A DNA stretch of 62,482 bases, filler included, from Chthonomonadaceae bacterium (GCA_035650735.1; 4 parts of 4 records of this genome joined end to end with filler, not necessarily neighbours in it); one strand, 5' to 3'. Shown: positions 1-10,473, counted from the whole stretch's first letter. Made by a program: numbers and translations. The notes: a model not told the origin generated them from the letters alone.

Positions 1-172
1 GCACGGCCAAGCCTTTCTCCCTCTTTCTCTAATCCTGTCCATCCAGTTCCTCCTATCTAAAACTCTGGTTTTTCCTCTGTCTTTCTCTTTTGCTTTTCTC
101 CGTGACTCCTCCGTGTCTCCGTGCCTCTAGCGCAGCGGGTGTTTCCAATCGCTTTTGGAGAACAGGACTGCG

Positions 173-1351
173 ATGGACGCAACCGCCGTGCAGTTTGGCG
201 CAGGCAACATCGGGCGCGGCTTCCTGGCCCAGCTTTTCCATGAGAGCGGCCTGGAGGTCGTCTTCGTGGACGTGGCAGATGCCGTCGTCACGGCGCTCAA
301 CACGCGCGGCAGTTATCCGATCCACATCGTCGGGCCGGGAGCGGAGACAGTCTGGATAGACAACGTGCGCGCCGTGCATGGCCGGGACAGGGTGCGCGTG
401 GCGGGCGAGATCATGCGCGCGCAGGTCGTCTGTACGGCGGTGGGGGCCAGCGCGCTGCCGCATGCCGCCCCGGCGCTGGCGGCGGGCCTGCTGGCCCGGC
501 ACAAGGCGTCCGGGGAGCCCATCAACGTGCTGCTCTGCGAGAACCTCCACGATGCCGCCGCCCTCCTGCGGGAGGCCGTCGCCGAGCATATTCCCGCCAA
601 AGACCGGGATGCCGTCCTGGAGAAGACCGGCTTCGTGCAGGCCGTCGTCAGCCGCATGGTGCCGGTGCAGACCGAGGCCGACCGCGCCGCCGATCCGCTC
701 GCGATCCGGGTAGAGGCATACAAGCGGCTGCCCGTAGACGCCACCGCCGTTGTCGGCACGCTGCCGCACATTGTCGGCGTCGAACCCGTCTCTAATTTCG
801 AGGCCCACGTCGAGCGCAAGCTCTACACGCACAACTGCGCGCACGCCATCCTGGGCTACATGGGCTATGCCGCGCACTATACGTATGGCTACGAGGCCCT
901 GCGCGATCCGCGCATCGCCTCGCTCCTGCACGCCGCGCTGGAGGAGACGGGGCAGGCGCTTATCCAAAAGCACGGCTTCGCGCCGGACGAGCACGCCGCC
1001 CACGTCGCTAACCTGCTGGAGCGCTTCCAGAACGAGGCGCTGGGCGATACGTGCCGGAGGCTGGCGCGCGATCCGCTCCGCAAGCTGGCCCCGGACGACC
1101 GCTTAGTTGGCGCGGCGCGGCTCTGCGAGTCGCAGGGCATTTCGCCTAGGGCGCTGGCCTGGGGCATCGCCGCCGCCCTCCGCTACGACGACCCGGACGA
1201 CCCCGCCGCCGTCGAACTGCAGCGCCTGCTTAAAGAGAGAGGACGCGAGACCGTCCTGCGCCAGGTCTGCCATATTCTGCCGAACGAGCCGCTGGCGGCC
1301 CTGATCGAGGAGGCGATGGAGGCCATAGGAAAGAATAGGGAGCAGGCATGA
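173..1351 (+). CDS. Mannitol-1-phosphate/polyol dehydrogenase family protein
   Basis: N-terminal AVQFGAGNIGRGF NAD-binding motif, LCEN, VSRMVP and ERKLYTHNCAH motifs typical of the MtlD family; start placed at ATG 173 after AGGA. Confidence 0.85.
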   Translation: MDATAVQFGAGNIGRGFLAQLFHESGLEVVFVDVADAVVTALNTRGSYPIHIVGPGAETVWIDNVRAVHGRDRVRVAGEIMRAQVVCTAVGASALPHAAPALAAGLLARHKASGEPINVLLCENLHDAAALLREAVAEHIPAKDRDAVLEKTGFVQAVVSRMVPVQTEADRAADPLAIRVEAYKRLPVDATAVVGTLPHIVGVEPVSNFEAHVERKLYTHNCAHAILGYMGYAAHYTYGYEALRDPRIASLLHAALEETGQALIQKHGFAPDEHAAHVANLLERFQNEALGDTCRRLARDPLRKLAPDDRLVGAARLCESQGISPRALAWGIAAALRYDDPDDPAAVELQRLLKERGRETVLRQVCHILPNEPLAALIEEAMEAIGKNREQA

Positions 1352-2580
1352 GCGTGGAGTTTCGGGCAATACGGGAGGACGAGCGCGAGGCGTGTCTGGA
1401 CCTGTGGTGCACGGTCTGGCCCGGCGATACGCGCAACTACTTTCGCCGCTATTTCTATGGCGATATCGAATGGCTGCCTTACTACACGCAGGTCGCCGTG
1501 GCGGACGGCAAGCTGGTCAGCGCCGTCCAGATATGCAGGCGCGTCGTCGCCTGCCGGGAGTTCAAGCTGACGATGGGCGGCATCGCCAACGTCGCCACGC
1601 TGCCGGAGTATCGCGGGAAGGGCTTCAACACGGAGTGCCTGCGTCGGGCCCTCGCCGTCATGGAGGCCGACGCGATGGACTTCTCGCTGCTGTTTACCGG
1701 CATCAACGGCTACTACGCCCGCCTCGGCTATGCCACGCTGCCGTGGAACGGAGTGCAGGGAACCATCCGCGCCGACTTTAGGCCGCGCCCAACCCGCTGC
1801 ACCGTGCGTCCCGCCGCCGACGGCGACCTGCCCGCCATTCGCGCCATCTACGACGCCTATAATCGCACGCGCCCTATCGCCGTGCAGCGTTACGAAGCCT
1901 ACTGGCGCGACTGGCTCGGCATCGCACCGGGCCGCGTGCCGGAGACGCTTCACGTCGCGGTCGCCCCGGACGGAGCGGTCTGCGGCTACGTCTGGTATGA
2001 CATCCATCAACCCAGGGACTCGGAGGGCCAGAAGGAGCCACAAGCGCGCATCACGGAGTTGGGCGTCTCCGGCGAGAGCCTGTCTGCCCCTGAGAAGCCG
2101 GACGTGACCGCCGCGCTGCTGGAGGCGATCTCGGCACGCTTTCTGCAGGAGGGGATTCGCAGGCTGCGTCTGGATATCGCCCTGGAGTCCGCCGTTCTGG
2201 GGGCGCTGGAGAACATTCTGGAAACGCGGGAATGGCGGACTAATACTGGCGGCATGGTGCGCCTGCTGCACCGCGATAACCTGCTGCGCAGCTTTACCAT
2301 CGCCCTCAACGAGCGCTGGATCGCGGCAGGCCGTCCGCGCGGCGCAGTAACGTTCGCAACGCCCTACGGCCCCACGAAGCTGGACGCCAGCGGCGCCTTC
2401 CTGCGCGTGGAGCCTGTTGCGGAGGCCGCGGACGCCCTGCCGCAAGAGGCGCTTTTCGGCCTGCTCTTCGGCCAGTACGCGCCCGTAGAGCCGCCTACCG
2501 CCGATAGCACGCTGTCTCCCTTGCTGTCAGCCCTGTTTCCGCCCGAAGCGGCGGTCTACTGGGACGAGGATGGATTTTGA
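1348..2580 (+). CDS. Eis-like tandem GNAT acetyltransferase
   Basis: GGIANVATLPEYRGKG acetyl-CoA motif, YYARLGY, a second GNAT-like segment and an acidic/aromatic C-terminus (YWDEDGF); ATGA overlap with the upstream gene. Confidence 0.8.
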   Translation: MSVEFRAIREDEREACLDLWCTVWPGDTRNYFRRYFYGDIEWLPYYTQVAVADGKLVSAVQICRRVVACREFKLTMGGIANVATLPEYRGKGFNTECLRRALAVMEADAMDFSLLFTGINGYYARLGYATLPWNGVQGTIRADFRPRPTRCTVRPAADGDLPAIRAIYDAYNRTRPIAVQRYEAYWRDWLGIAPGRVPETLHVAVAPDGAVCGYVWYDIHQPRDSEGQKEPQARITELGVSGESLSAPEKPDVTAALLEAISARFLQEGIRRLRLDIALESAVLGALENILETREWRTNTGGMVRLLHRDNLLRSFTIALNERWIAAGRPRGAVTFATPYGPTKLDASGAFLRVEPVAEAADALPQEALFGLLFGQYAPVEPPTADSTLSPLLSALFPPEAAVYWDEDGF

Positions 2581-2653
2581 GTCGAGCGAAACACCTACGC
2601 AGGGTAACTTCGTAGTTCTCTGAGATTAAAACTAGGCCCCCACCCCTTGCCCA

Positions 2654-2790
2654 CTGTCAGGGTCGGCCCTGCAACGGACTGCCAGGGTCGCGCCTGCCAT
2701 GGTTGGGCCCCTGCTCGGGTCGGCGCGGCAATGGCTCGCGCCTCCGCCTAGCCACACCTGGCCACAGCCCTCCGCCTGGCGATCCCCAAC
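2654..2790. repeat. Intergenic dispersed repeat segments
   Basis: ACTGTCAGGGTCGGCCCTGCAA recurs reverse-complemented near 23738-23759; ACAGCCCTCCGCCT(A/G)GC recurs reverse-complemented near 57711-57727. Confidence 0.5.
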
Positions 2791-2908
2791 AACAGGGGAG
2801 GGGAGAGGCAGTTTCATACGAGAGGGTACCCCGAAGGGGCATCAGGGGCTGAGATGGGAACGCTACCAAGTTACTGTGAGGATGGGTTGAGAAGGGACCA
2901 ACGCGCGC

Positions 2909-3715
2909 ATGAGCCGCACCGTCACCATCGTCACCCCGGAAAACATCCAGGTCACCTATCAGGTAGCCGGAATCGCCTCGCGCTTCATGGCTACTGTCGT
3001 TGACCTGACGCTCCAGTTTCTGCTGCTCTTGCTCGTCGGCGTCGTGATGAAGCTGACCATCGGCAGAAATGCGGGGATAGGAATGAGCGTCAGCAGCATC
3101 CTGACTGCACTGGGCTACATTGCCGTTTTTCTCATTCTCTTCGCCTATCCGATTTTCTTTGAGATGCTCTGGGGCGGGCGCACGCCCGGCAAGCGGCTGT
3201 TCGGATTGCGCGTTATCCGGGACGGCGGATATCCGATCAACTTCATTGCCAGCGCGATACGCAACATCCTGCGGTTTATTGATATCGGCGTCGTGCCGAT
3301 GTCGGGAACAGCGCTGGTGCTCTGGGGTATGCCGGGCCTGCTCTCCATCTTCTTCAGTCCCCGCTACAAGCGCATCGGCGACTATGCGGCGGGAACGTTG
3401 GTCATCATGGAGGCGGGCGCGACCCCGTTTGGAGCGAAGCGGCGCTCGGTGCTCCTGCCCTCCGGCGTGGTCGCCTTCTTCCCTCTGATCAAGAATCTGG
3501 ATCGCCTGACCCCCGACGAGTACCGCATCCTGCGGCGGTTTACGGAGCGGCGCGGGGAGCTGGACCTGGTCGTGCAGGCGGCCATCGGAGAGCGGCTGGC
3601 CCGTCCGCTGATGCAGAAGCTGGAAATCGAGGCGCCTATCGCCTACCAGGTGCAGTACGCCGACTTGCTGGAGGCCATCGAGCGGCGCTACGCCGAGGAG
3701 CGCGGCGTGCTTTGA
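2909..3715 (+). CDS. RDD family membrane protein
   Basis: TPENIQVTYQVAGIASRFMATVVD, GRTPGKRLFGLRVI and KRIGDYAAGT motifs; transmembrane segments. Confidence 0.9.
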   Translation: MSRTVTIVTPENIQVTYQVAGIASRFMATVVDLTLQFLLLLLVGVVMKLTIGRNAGIGMSVSSILTALGYIAVFLILFAYPIFFEMLWGGRTPGKRLFGLRVIRDGGYPINFIASAIRNILRFIDIGVVPMSGTALVLWGMPGLLSIFFSPRYKRIGDYAAGTLVIMEAGATPFGAKRRSVLLPSGVVAFFPLIKNLDRLTPDEYRILRRFTERRGELDLVVQAAIGERLARPLMQKLEIEAPIAYQVQYADLLEAIERRYAEERGVL

Positions 3716-3798
3716 ACCAACCTGGCGCAACCCGCCCACGAGCCGGGTATTTCCCATGCCCGGACGGGAAATTGGATTTCGCTCTATCGGGAGATCGG

Positions 3799-5970
3799 AT
3801 GAGCAGGACGGAAACGCCGAAAAAAACAGAAAGGCTGGGGCTTGTATTGGTCTCGGCTCTGGGCATCGGGTTCGCCTTTGCGCTCGTCTATCTCCTGATC
3901 GGCCTCCGCTATGTCGCCATCGCCACGCTGCCGCATATCCTGACTCCCGGCGATTCGCTCGATTTTCAGGGCGTGATAGACGGCCTGCCCGTGCCGCGTC
4001 TGCTGGACTGGAACCTGGAGCAGATCGAGTGGCTGATGTCCCTGCGGGGCATGGATAGGATCCAACGGGTCATTTTCGGGCTGCTGCTCTTCGGCGCGCT
4101 CTGGCTGCTGATGGTGTTCATCCTCAATCCCACCTTCCGGCTGTTTCACTTCCGGCGTGCCGGCGGGGCAGCGCCGGACCGACGGCCGACGCTCCAGCCA
4201 GCAGCGGCGTTCGTGCCGACCTCGGGCGGCGGCATCTCCCCTTCCGCTTCCCCTGACTCTGCCGCGCCGACGCCGGAGACACGCCTGAGCGCCGCAGGAA
4301 GCCGGAAGCGCACGCGTTCCTACGCGGCTCTCGGATCGGCCACAGCCCTGCTGACGGTCCGCGTGGAGACGGGCCGACTCGGCAAGGCGCTGCTGTTGCT
4401 GCTGGCGGTCGGTCTGCCGCTGCTGGCGGTGCGCTGGGCCCTGGCACGGCCCGGCAGCGCGCTCTATCCCCTGTGGCTGGCGGCGTGCGGCGCCGCGATC
4501 TGGCTAGCTTTCCGTCCGGAGGGATGGGCGGGCGATTTTGCCAGCACCCGGTGGGGATCGCCGGGCCGCGCGCTGCCGGGGCTGCTGCTCTGCGGCGCGC
4601 TCTTTGGCCTGGGCCTCTATGCGCTGATGCGCTGGGCGCTGCCCGGCCCGCTGGAGGGCGTGCTGCTGCACTACCAGACATTGGGCGCCTTCAACCGTGC
4701 CTACTGGAACGAGATCGCCGGACGCTACCTCTTCCGCGCCGCCGCCAGCGGCTTCGCGGCAGGAACCCTTTTCTACCTGCTGGGCCGTCCCGGGCTGGAT
4801 CTTGGCCGCCGAGGCGCCCTCCTGGCGCTGCCCCTTCTTGCCGCCGCCGCTTCCATTCTGGCCCGGCCCGCGCTTTCGCCCGCGCAGCTGGCCGCGCGGT
4901 TTGATCTGACTCCCGAGGTGGTCTCGGCCATACGCACGCCCTGGAGCCCACGTCGCCCGGCTTCCGGCGTGCCGGAGGGACGCCAGGCCGGGCAGGTTCT
5001 GGCCCGTCTGGCGCATCTGCCCCATCCCGCGCAGCTTCCTACCCTGCAAAGCGAGCGCAGCCTGCTCCTCTTTCATCCACGCGGGCTCGTCAATGCACGC
5101 CAGTCTCTCTTCTCCGACGACGGCCTGAGCCTGGATCGCGCCACGGTCCAACCGGTACAGGACTTTCTGCGTCAGCGCGGCTACAAGACGGCGCTCTCCT
5201 GGGTGGCGATCCGGCACCTGTTCAATGTCGGGGCGTTCGACTTCAATCCGACGGCCGAGCTACAGGCGTGCCTGCTGGATCTGGCCAACTGCCCGCACCC
5301 GTGGAAGACGGAAACGGCGATGCGTATCGTCTTCTTCGTCAGCGCCGTCTCGCCGGAGAACCTGGCCCTGGCGGAACAACTGGAGGATCCGGCCCGCTTT
5401 GCCTGGCCTGACCGCGACAGCCTGCGCATGATGGGCGACCTGTTCAACCGCGCGGGCGCCCTCCGCAAGGCCGAAGCCTGGTACCGCCGCGCGGAAATGC
5501 CCCGCTCGTTTTTCACCATGATCCATAAGTACCCCGTTTTCCACGAAGGCCGCGTGCTAGGGACGCTGCGCCTGAACGGCCAGCCTCTGGCGGGCGTGCG
5601 AGTCGGCCTCGTGCCCAAGCGATTGAACGGGCTGCCCCACCAGCTCCAGCCGCTCGTCCTGGACGCCGACCGTGAGGTCATCGGAGGAGTGCCCGATCCC
5701 GCCACTCCGTTTCGGCCCTTCCATCCGCCGCCCTTTGCCCTCCGCTGGATCAGCGCCGGCGCCACCACCGACGCGCAGGGCGGCTTTGCCTTGGAGAACC
5801 TGGTGGATGGCGAATATTTTTTGCTTGTCGCCCTTCCGCCCACCGTTCAGCTTAGGCCGCCGCTGGATCCAGCATTGCAGGCGCGCGGCCTGCCGGGGTC
5901 TATCACGGTCAATTCCGACCATCCAACCGCCCAATTGGGAACCATTGACCTGAATTATTCGACTAGATGA
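3799..5970 (+). CDS. Multi-pass membrane protein with C-terminal TPR-like helices and a carboxypeptidase-regulatory-like beta domain
   Basis: Several hydrophobic helices; GDLFNRAGALRKAEAWYRRA helix; GRVLGTLRLNGQPLAGVRV...TTDAQGGFALENLVDGEY; start at ATG after GGAG. Confidence 0.6.
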   Translation: MSRTETPKKTERLGLVLVSALGIGFAFALVYLLIGLRYVAIATLPHILTPGDSLDFQGVIDGLPVPRLLDWNLEQIEWLMSLRGMDRIQRVIFGLLLFGALWLLMVFILNPTFRLFHFRRAGGAAPDRRPTLQPAAAFVPTSGGGISPSASPDSAAPTPETRLSAAGSRKRTRSYAALGSATALLTVRVETGRLGKALLLLLAVGLPLLAVRWALARPGSALYPLWLAACGAAIWLAFRPEGWAGDFASTRWGSPGRALPGLLLCGALFGLGLYALMRWALPGPLEGVLLHYQTLGAFNRAYWNEIAGRYLFRAAASGFAAGTLFYLLGRPGLDLGRRGALLALPLLAAAASILARPALSPAQLAARFDLTPEVVSAIRTPWSPRRPASGVPEGRQAGQVLARLAHLPHPAQLPTLQSERSLLLFHPRGLVNARQSLFSDDGLSLDRATVQPVQDFLRQRGYKTALSWVAIRHLFNVGAFDFNPTAELQACLLDLANCPHPWKTETAMRIVFFVSAVSPENLALAEQLEDPARFAWPDRDSLRMMGDLFNRAGALRKAEAWYRRAEMPRSFFTMIHKYPVFHEGRVLGTLRLNGQPLAGVRVGLVPKRLNGLPHQLQPLVLDADREVIGGVPDPATPFRPFHPPPFALRWISAGATTDAQGGFALENLVDGEYFLLVALPPTVQLRPPLDPALQARGLPGSITVNSDHPTAQLGTIDLNYSTR

Positions 5971-6014
5971 GCCTGCTTGGCCCAAACCCGGTGAAAATTT
6001 GGCGCAGGAAGCCG

Positions 6015-6020
6015 TATAAT
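6015..6020 (+). promoter_or_regulatory. Candidate -10 box upstream of the histidine kinase gene
   Basis: TATAAT in an AT-richer intergenic stretch; no convincing -35. Confidence 0.35.
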
Positions 6021-6216
6021 AAAGAAAAGGTCAGCCCTTTACACTCTATCTTAATCCTTCCTCTTGGCGCCAAGAGGAATTGCTAACGTCCCTCTACCTC
6101 CAAAGGAGGCGGAAAAGTTTAGCCATTCCTCTTGGGGTCCATAAAACGCCTGCGAAGGCCGCGAAGACGGGCGGAGGCAGGGTGAGATAGATTTTTAGAC
6201 GTTTTTGTGAACGGCA

Positions 6217-6298
6217 GGTAGACACTCCCAACCGTGTTGATCAATCTCACGCAGCCTGCTGCTGAGGAGATACGTCAACACCGTTGGGAGTGATTACC
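6217..6298 (+). mobile_element. 82-bp MITE, copy 1
   Basis: 24-bp imperfect terminal inverted repeats (GGTAGACACTCCCAAC.../...GTTGGGAGTGATTACC) flanked by the 8-bp direct repeat GAACGGCA (6209-6216, 6299-6306). Confidence 0.93.
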
Positions 6299-6312
6299 GA
6301 ACGGCAATACCT

Positions 6313-8259
6313 ATGCCCGATACTTTTCTGAAAATTCGCACCCAGTTCCGCCAGGTACAGCTCTTCAGCCTTATCCTCATCATCGCTGCTTCTCTGTTCG
6401 GCCAACTGCTGATCATTCAACTGGTGCAGGAAGAGAAGGAGCTCGACAAATTGCGCTATAGGCGGGAAGAGATCTTGCAGCAGTACATGGAGGCGATGCT
6501 CAACCAGGAGACGGGCTATCGCGGCTATATTGGCTCCGAGACCCATAATCCGAAGTTCCTGCAGTCCTACTATCAGGGGGTGTCGCAATACGCGAATGCC
6601 CAGGACCAGGCCCGTCAGCTGGCCATTCTGCCCGGGCAGACCGCGTTCCTGGATGTCATCAAGCCTATGGCCACGGCGGCCAGGGAGTGGCAGCAGCAGG
6701 CGGGGAAGGATATTCAGGTTGTCCAGAACGGCGGCACGGTAGCGGGCGAGGATGAGCGCATAGAGATCGAGTCGCGCACCATCCAGTTCGATGCGTTCCG
6801 CCGCGCCTTTCATGATGCGTGGGACCATAACAAGGTCCAGATGGCGGAGGTCTTGCGCAGCAAAGAGCGGGGCTGGTTCCTGGAAGGCGCCTTTGGCCTG
6901 GTAGTGATGGGCATCGGCATCGCCGCCGCCGTCTGGGTCGGCCAGCGCGCCACCAACGTCATCAGCGATCAGGCGGCCCGGCTTGAGGAGCAGACAGAGC
7001 GCGAGCGCCAGCACCAGCAGAAGCTGAGCGCGCAGAACCAGGCGCTGGAGGCCCATCAGACCGAACTGCAGGCGCGCAACCGCGAGCTTCAGCTTATCGG
7101 GCGGATTACCGCCATCGCCGCAGCGGAACTGCGGGCCGACGCCATTCAAGCCGCGTTTCAAGACGTCCTGAGCGAGCTGCTCACCTTTGACCGCTGCAGC
7201 ATCTTTCTGCTGGAGTCGGAACAGACGATCACGCGCACTATCAACGTCGCCGGCAGCGATCTAGTGGGTTGGCAGCATGGCGAGCTGCACCCCATCGCCG
7301 ATTCCCATATCGCGCGGGTGCTGGAAACCGCCAAGCCGCTCTATATCGCCGATCTGGCCTGCGAGCCAGACCATCTGACCGTCCATGAGCGTGCCCTGGC
7401 GGCCATCGGCGTGCGGTCGTTCGTGATGGCGCCTCTCATCGCACGCGGCCATGTCATCGGAGCGATCAATTTCGCCTCTACCGTTCCCAACCGCTACGAT
7501 GCCCACACCCTCAGCCTGATCGAGCAGGTGGCCGGCAGCATCGCCGGGGCGCTGGAGAACGCACGGCTCTATCAGGAGGAGCGCGCGAAGGCGGAATTGC
7601 TCTCCGTCTCCATCCAGGAGACGCACCACCGCGTCAAGAACAATCTGCAGGCAGTCTCCTCGCTGCTGGATATGCAGCTGATGGAGGCTGGGGAGATGGT
7701 GCCGCGCCAGGTGCTGCAGCGCACTATCACCCAGATCAAGGCCATCGCGCTTGTCCACGATATGCTCAGCCACGCCGCCGAAGATGAGACGGTGGACAGC
7801 AAGAAGGTAATCGAGAAATTGCTGCCGCTGGTCACGCTCTCATACCGCGACGTCGAGTTGAAGCTGGATCTGACCTCTATGTTCCTGCCGATGCGTCGGA
7901 TGACCTCCCTGGCCCTGATCGTCAACGAGCTGGCGCTCAACTCTCTCAAGCACTGTGGCGAAGGCGCCTGTCGCATCGAAGTCCGCTCCTGGACGGATGC
8001 GGCGGCCGGCGCCGCGCACCTGCTCGTACAGGATAATGGACCGGGCTTCCCGCCGGGTTTTGACCCTGAACGGGATGCCAACGTGGGCCTGCAACTGGTG
8101 ATGACGCTGGTGCGCAGCGACCTGAGCGGAACGATCACCTTTGAAAACGACGGCGGCGCGCGGGCGCACCTCGTCTTCCCGCTGGCGGCGCCTCCCCCGG
8201 TCATGCCGAAAGCCGTCGTCAGGGACGGAGCCGATCTCTCTGTCCGCGTGGCGGGTTGA
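6313..8259 (+). CDS. Membrane sensor histidine kinase (CHASE3-like, GAF, HisKA_2, HATPase)
   Basis: NQETGYRGYI (CHASE3-like), GAF region (APLIARGHVIGAINF), ETHHRVKNNLQ H-box, ELALNSLKH, VQDNGPGFP. Confidence 0.9.
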   Translation: MPDTFLKIRTQFRQVQLFSLILIIAASLFGQLLIIQLVQEEKELDKLRYRREEILQQYMEAMLNQETGYRGYIGSETHNPKFLQSYYQGVSQYANAQDQARQLAILPGQTAFLDVIKPMATAAREWQQQAGKDIQVVQNGGTVAGEDERIEIESRTIQFDAFRRAFHDAWDHNKVQMAEVLRSKERGWFLEGAFGLVVMGIGIAAAVWVGQRATNVISDQAARLEEQTERERQHQQKLSAQNQALEAHQTELQARNRELQLIGRITAIAAAELRADAIQAAFQDVLSELLTFDRCSIFLLESEQTITRTINVAGSDLVGWQHGELHPIADSHIARVLETAKPLYIADLACEPDHLTVHERALAAIGVRSFVMAPLIARGHVIGAINFASTVPNRYDAHTLSLIEQVAGSIAGALENARLYQEERAKAELLSVSIQETHHRVKNNLQAVSSLLDMQLMEAGEMVPRQVLQRTITQIKAIALVHDMLSHAAEDETVDSKKVIEKLLPLVTLSYRDVELKLDLTSMFLPMRRMTSLALIVNELALNSLKHCGEGACRIEVRSWTDAAAGAAHLLVQDNGPGFPPGFDPERDANVGLQLVMTLVRSDLSGTITFENDGGARAHLVFPLAAPPPVMPKAVVRDGADLSVRVAG

Positions 8260-8319
8260 TAGCGACAACCAATGCCCCTTGTCCGCATCCAGCAGGGCCG
8301 GGCACAGCGAGGGAGGGCG

Positions 8320-9966
8320 ATGGTCGGTTCCATCACGGCGACAGCCGGCGCGCTGAGCGCCGTGCGGCAGCTACGCGCGAAAGTGCGCCTGGCGGCGCAG
8401 GGCTGTGCGGTCGCCTGGCGGGTGTTGGCGCTGCTGCTTGCGGCTGGTACGCTGGATATGCTCTGGCCATGGCCGACCACGCTGCGCGGGCTGTTCCTGC
8501 TGGCGCTGATCGCCTATGAGATGCTGACGGGGGCGCGCGCCTGGCGGCAGGCACAGCAGGTTCCACGCGAAGAGCAGATAGCGCGCGAAATCGAAGCGCA
8601 GCGCCCGGAGCTGGATAACGCCCTCATCCACGCCGTCCAGTTTGGTCCTCTGCTCGCCCGGCACCCCGACCTCCCGGAGGCGCCTCTCCTGCGCCGCGAG
8701 ATCGCGCGGGCCGAAAGGGAAGCGGCCCGTCTCCCCGTGGCCGACCTGGTGGATCGCGCTCCGCTGCGGCGTGAGCGCCGCGCGCTGTTCTGCCTTCTCG
8801 GCGGTCTCCTGTTGACCGCCCTGCTTTTCCCTCGTGCCTACCGTTTCGAGCTGCCCCGCTTCCTGGCCTTCTGGGGCGACTATCCGCCCTTCACCCTCAC
8901 CGATTTCGATGTCTCGCCCATCGGGGCGCACGTGCGCCCCGGCGAAGGCGTGACCGTCACCGTGCGCGTGGCCGGGCTAATGCCCCGGCGCGTGGAACTC
9001 CTGACCGGTCTGGCGGGCGAGGCAGGCCAGATAGCGCCTCTGGACCCGGTGGAGTCCGGACTCTACACGACGCGGCTGGAACGCCTGACGCGCGCCACCT
9101 GGTTCCGTGTCGTCGCCGATACCGGCCAGACCCGGCGTTTCTGGATTCAGGTGGACGCCCTGCCCGCCCAACGGCAAGGCTCGAATTCGCCGGCACAATC
9201 GCCTCAAGCCAGCCCGATACCCACGCCGTACCGGGCTCCGCTGGAGGCTCTGCGCAGGCTGGCTGCAGACCAGGCCCGGCTCGCAGCAGAGATGGCGGCC
9301 AATGCCCGGCAGGACCATCCCGCCCGACAGACGGCGGCGCTGCGTCGGCGGCAGCGCGACCTGCTGCAGCGGGCGCGCGACCTGGCCCGGCAGATGCGCG
9401 CGCTGGGCCGAGATTCCGCGCAGCACGGCCAGGACAAGGGCTTGCAGCGCCAACTGGCGCGCATGGCGCAGGCCCTGGCGCGGGCACAGAATGCCATGCA
9501 GGCGGCGCTCTCGGCGTCCCAGCCGGGCCGTTTGCCGCCGCACGCTCAGGTCGCCGCGCGGGAACTCCGGCAGGTAATCTGGGAGGCGGGGGAGAATAGG
9601 GAGGGCACGCTGGAAGCGGCGGATCGACGGCAGCCGACCTCGGCTCGCATCGTGAGCGAAGGCAGCGCGCAGGGCGGCTACAGCGTGCTGCGGCCCGGCG
9701 CCTCTGGGGACGGAACGGGAGCCAGCGTGCAGCAGGCCGGGGGAACAGGCCGGACCCTGCGGGGGGCTTTCTCTCCCTCCCGTACGGCTAAGGGCAGTGG
9801 GCCTTCTGGGGAGCGCAGCGGCCAATTAAACGGCGACCTCCAGGAAAAGGCTGCCGCAGCGTCCGGCACGCCGCCCCGAGGCACGGATCGGGCCGCCTCG
9901 CGCTATCCCGTCGAATACCGCCGCCTCGTCCAGGACTACTTCAAGGCCGTCGCCGGCGGCAAGTAG
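8320..9966 (+). CDS. Membrane-anchored coiled-coil protein (DUF4175-like)
   Basis: N-terminal TM helices, IAREIEAQRPELDNALIHAVQF, Ig-like segment, Gln/Ala coiled coil, C-terminal YPVEYRRLVQDYFKAV. Confidence 0.65.
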   Translation: MVGSITATAGALSAVRQLRAKVRLAAQGCAVAWRVLALLLAAGTLDMLWPWPTTLRGLFLLALIAYEMLTGARAWRQAQQVPREEQIAREIEAQRPELDNALIHAVQFGPLLARHPDLPEAPLLRREIARAEREAARLPVADLVDRAPLRRERRALFCLLGGLLLTALLFPRAYRFELPRFLAFWGDYPPFTLTDFDVSPIGAHVRPGEGVTVTVRVAGLMPRRVELLTGLAGEAGQIAPLDPVESGLYTTRLERLTRATWFRVVADTGQTRRFWIQVDALPAQRQGSNSPAQSPQASPIPTPYRAPLEALRRLAADQARLAAEMAANARQDHPARQTAALRRRQRDLLQRARDLARQMRALGRDSAQHGQDKGLQRQLARMAQALARAQNAMQAALSASQPGRLPPHAQVAARELRQVIWEAGENREGTLEAADRRQPTSARIVSEGSAQGGYSVLRPGASGDGTGASVQQAGGTGRTLRGAFSPSRTAKGSGPSGERSGQLNGDLQEKAAAASGTPPRGTDRAASRYPVEYRRLVQDYFKAVAGGK

Positions 9967-10044
9967 GGGACTCTCCGGGTAAAATCGGTATCAGAGGTAA
10001 GCTCCTGAGCGACGGACAAGCCCTACTTTGGCGGGGAGGTACCC

Positions 10045-10470
10045 ATGCTTCTGAGACCTGGCAGAACTTTAACAACGCCATCGGGCACGTACCAGGTAAG
10101 AGAGCAAGAGGAAAAGACGAGCCTTCTCCGCGATGCACTTCTCCAGAGGCTAGAAGAGCATGGGTTTGAGGCCATAGCTCTCGATAAGAACTCTAGTCCC
10201 CAGTCCCACAGGAAGCCTTCCGGGTGGGCGCAGTTGCGGCCGCGCCCCGTGCGCCCGCTGGACCGATTAGATCACAAGCAGTTATCCAGGAGTATAGAGC
10301 TAACCGAAAAGGCAAGACATTTACTAGCTCAGGCATCCGAACAGAGCGATCCTGCAGAAGCCGCTTATCTGCTTGGGCGCGCGGTAGATTGCCTGAAGCA
10401 AGCGGCTGAATTAGCGCAAATCGTGGAACGCTGGATAGAGGAGCCCGCAAAAGGCGCAGATGAGGAGTGA
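10045..10470 (+). CDS. Hypothetical protein
   Basis: 141-aa ORF with GGAGGT ribosome-binding site, fills the gap between co-oriented genes; lower GC than neighbours. Confidence 0.55.
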   Translation: MLLRPGRTLTTPSGTYQVREQEEKTSLLRDALLQRLEEHGFEAIALDKNSSPQSHRKPSGWAQLRPRPVRPLDRLDHKQLSRSIELTEKARHLLAQASEQSDPAEAAYLLGRAVDCLKQAAELAQIVERWIEEPAKGADEE

Positions 10471-10473
10471 TCA

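Noticed and set aside
53..2445. Long antisense ORFs such as 53-1003 and 1183-2445, and many similar ones across the window
   Set aside because: Shadow ORFs of real genes in high-GC DNA with no recognisable motifs.
6217..6298. The 82-bp hairpin as an integron attC site or a structured ncRNA
   Set aside because: CCCAAC...GTTGGG resembles attC cores, but each copy has its own 8-bp target duplication, the copies are dispersed, and there is no cassette array or integrase, which fits a MITE.
10045..10062. MLLRP at the start of ORF 10045 as a copy of the LLRP tail motif
   Set aside because: Single and N-terminal, without the triple spacing; likely chance.
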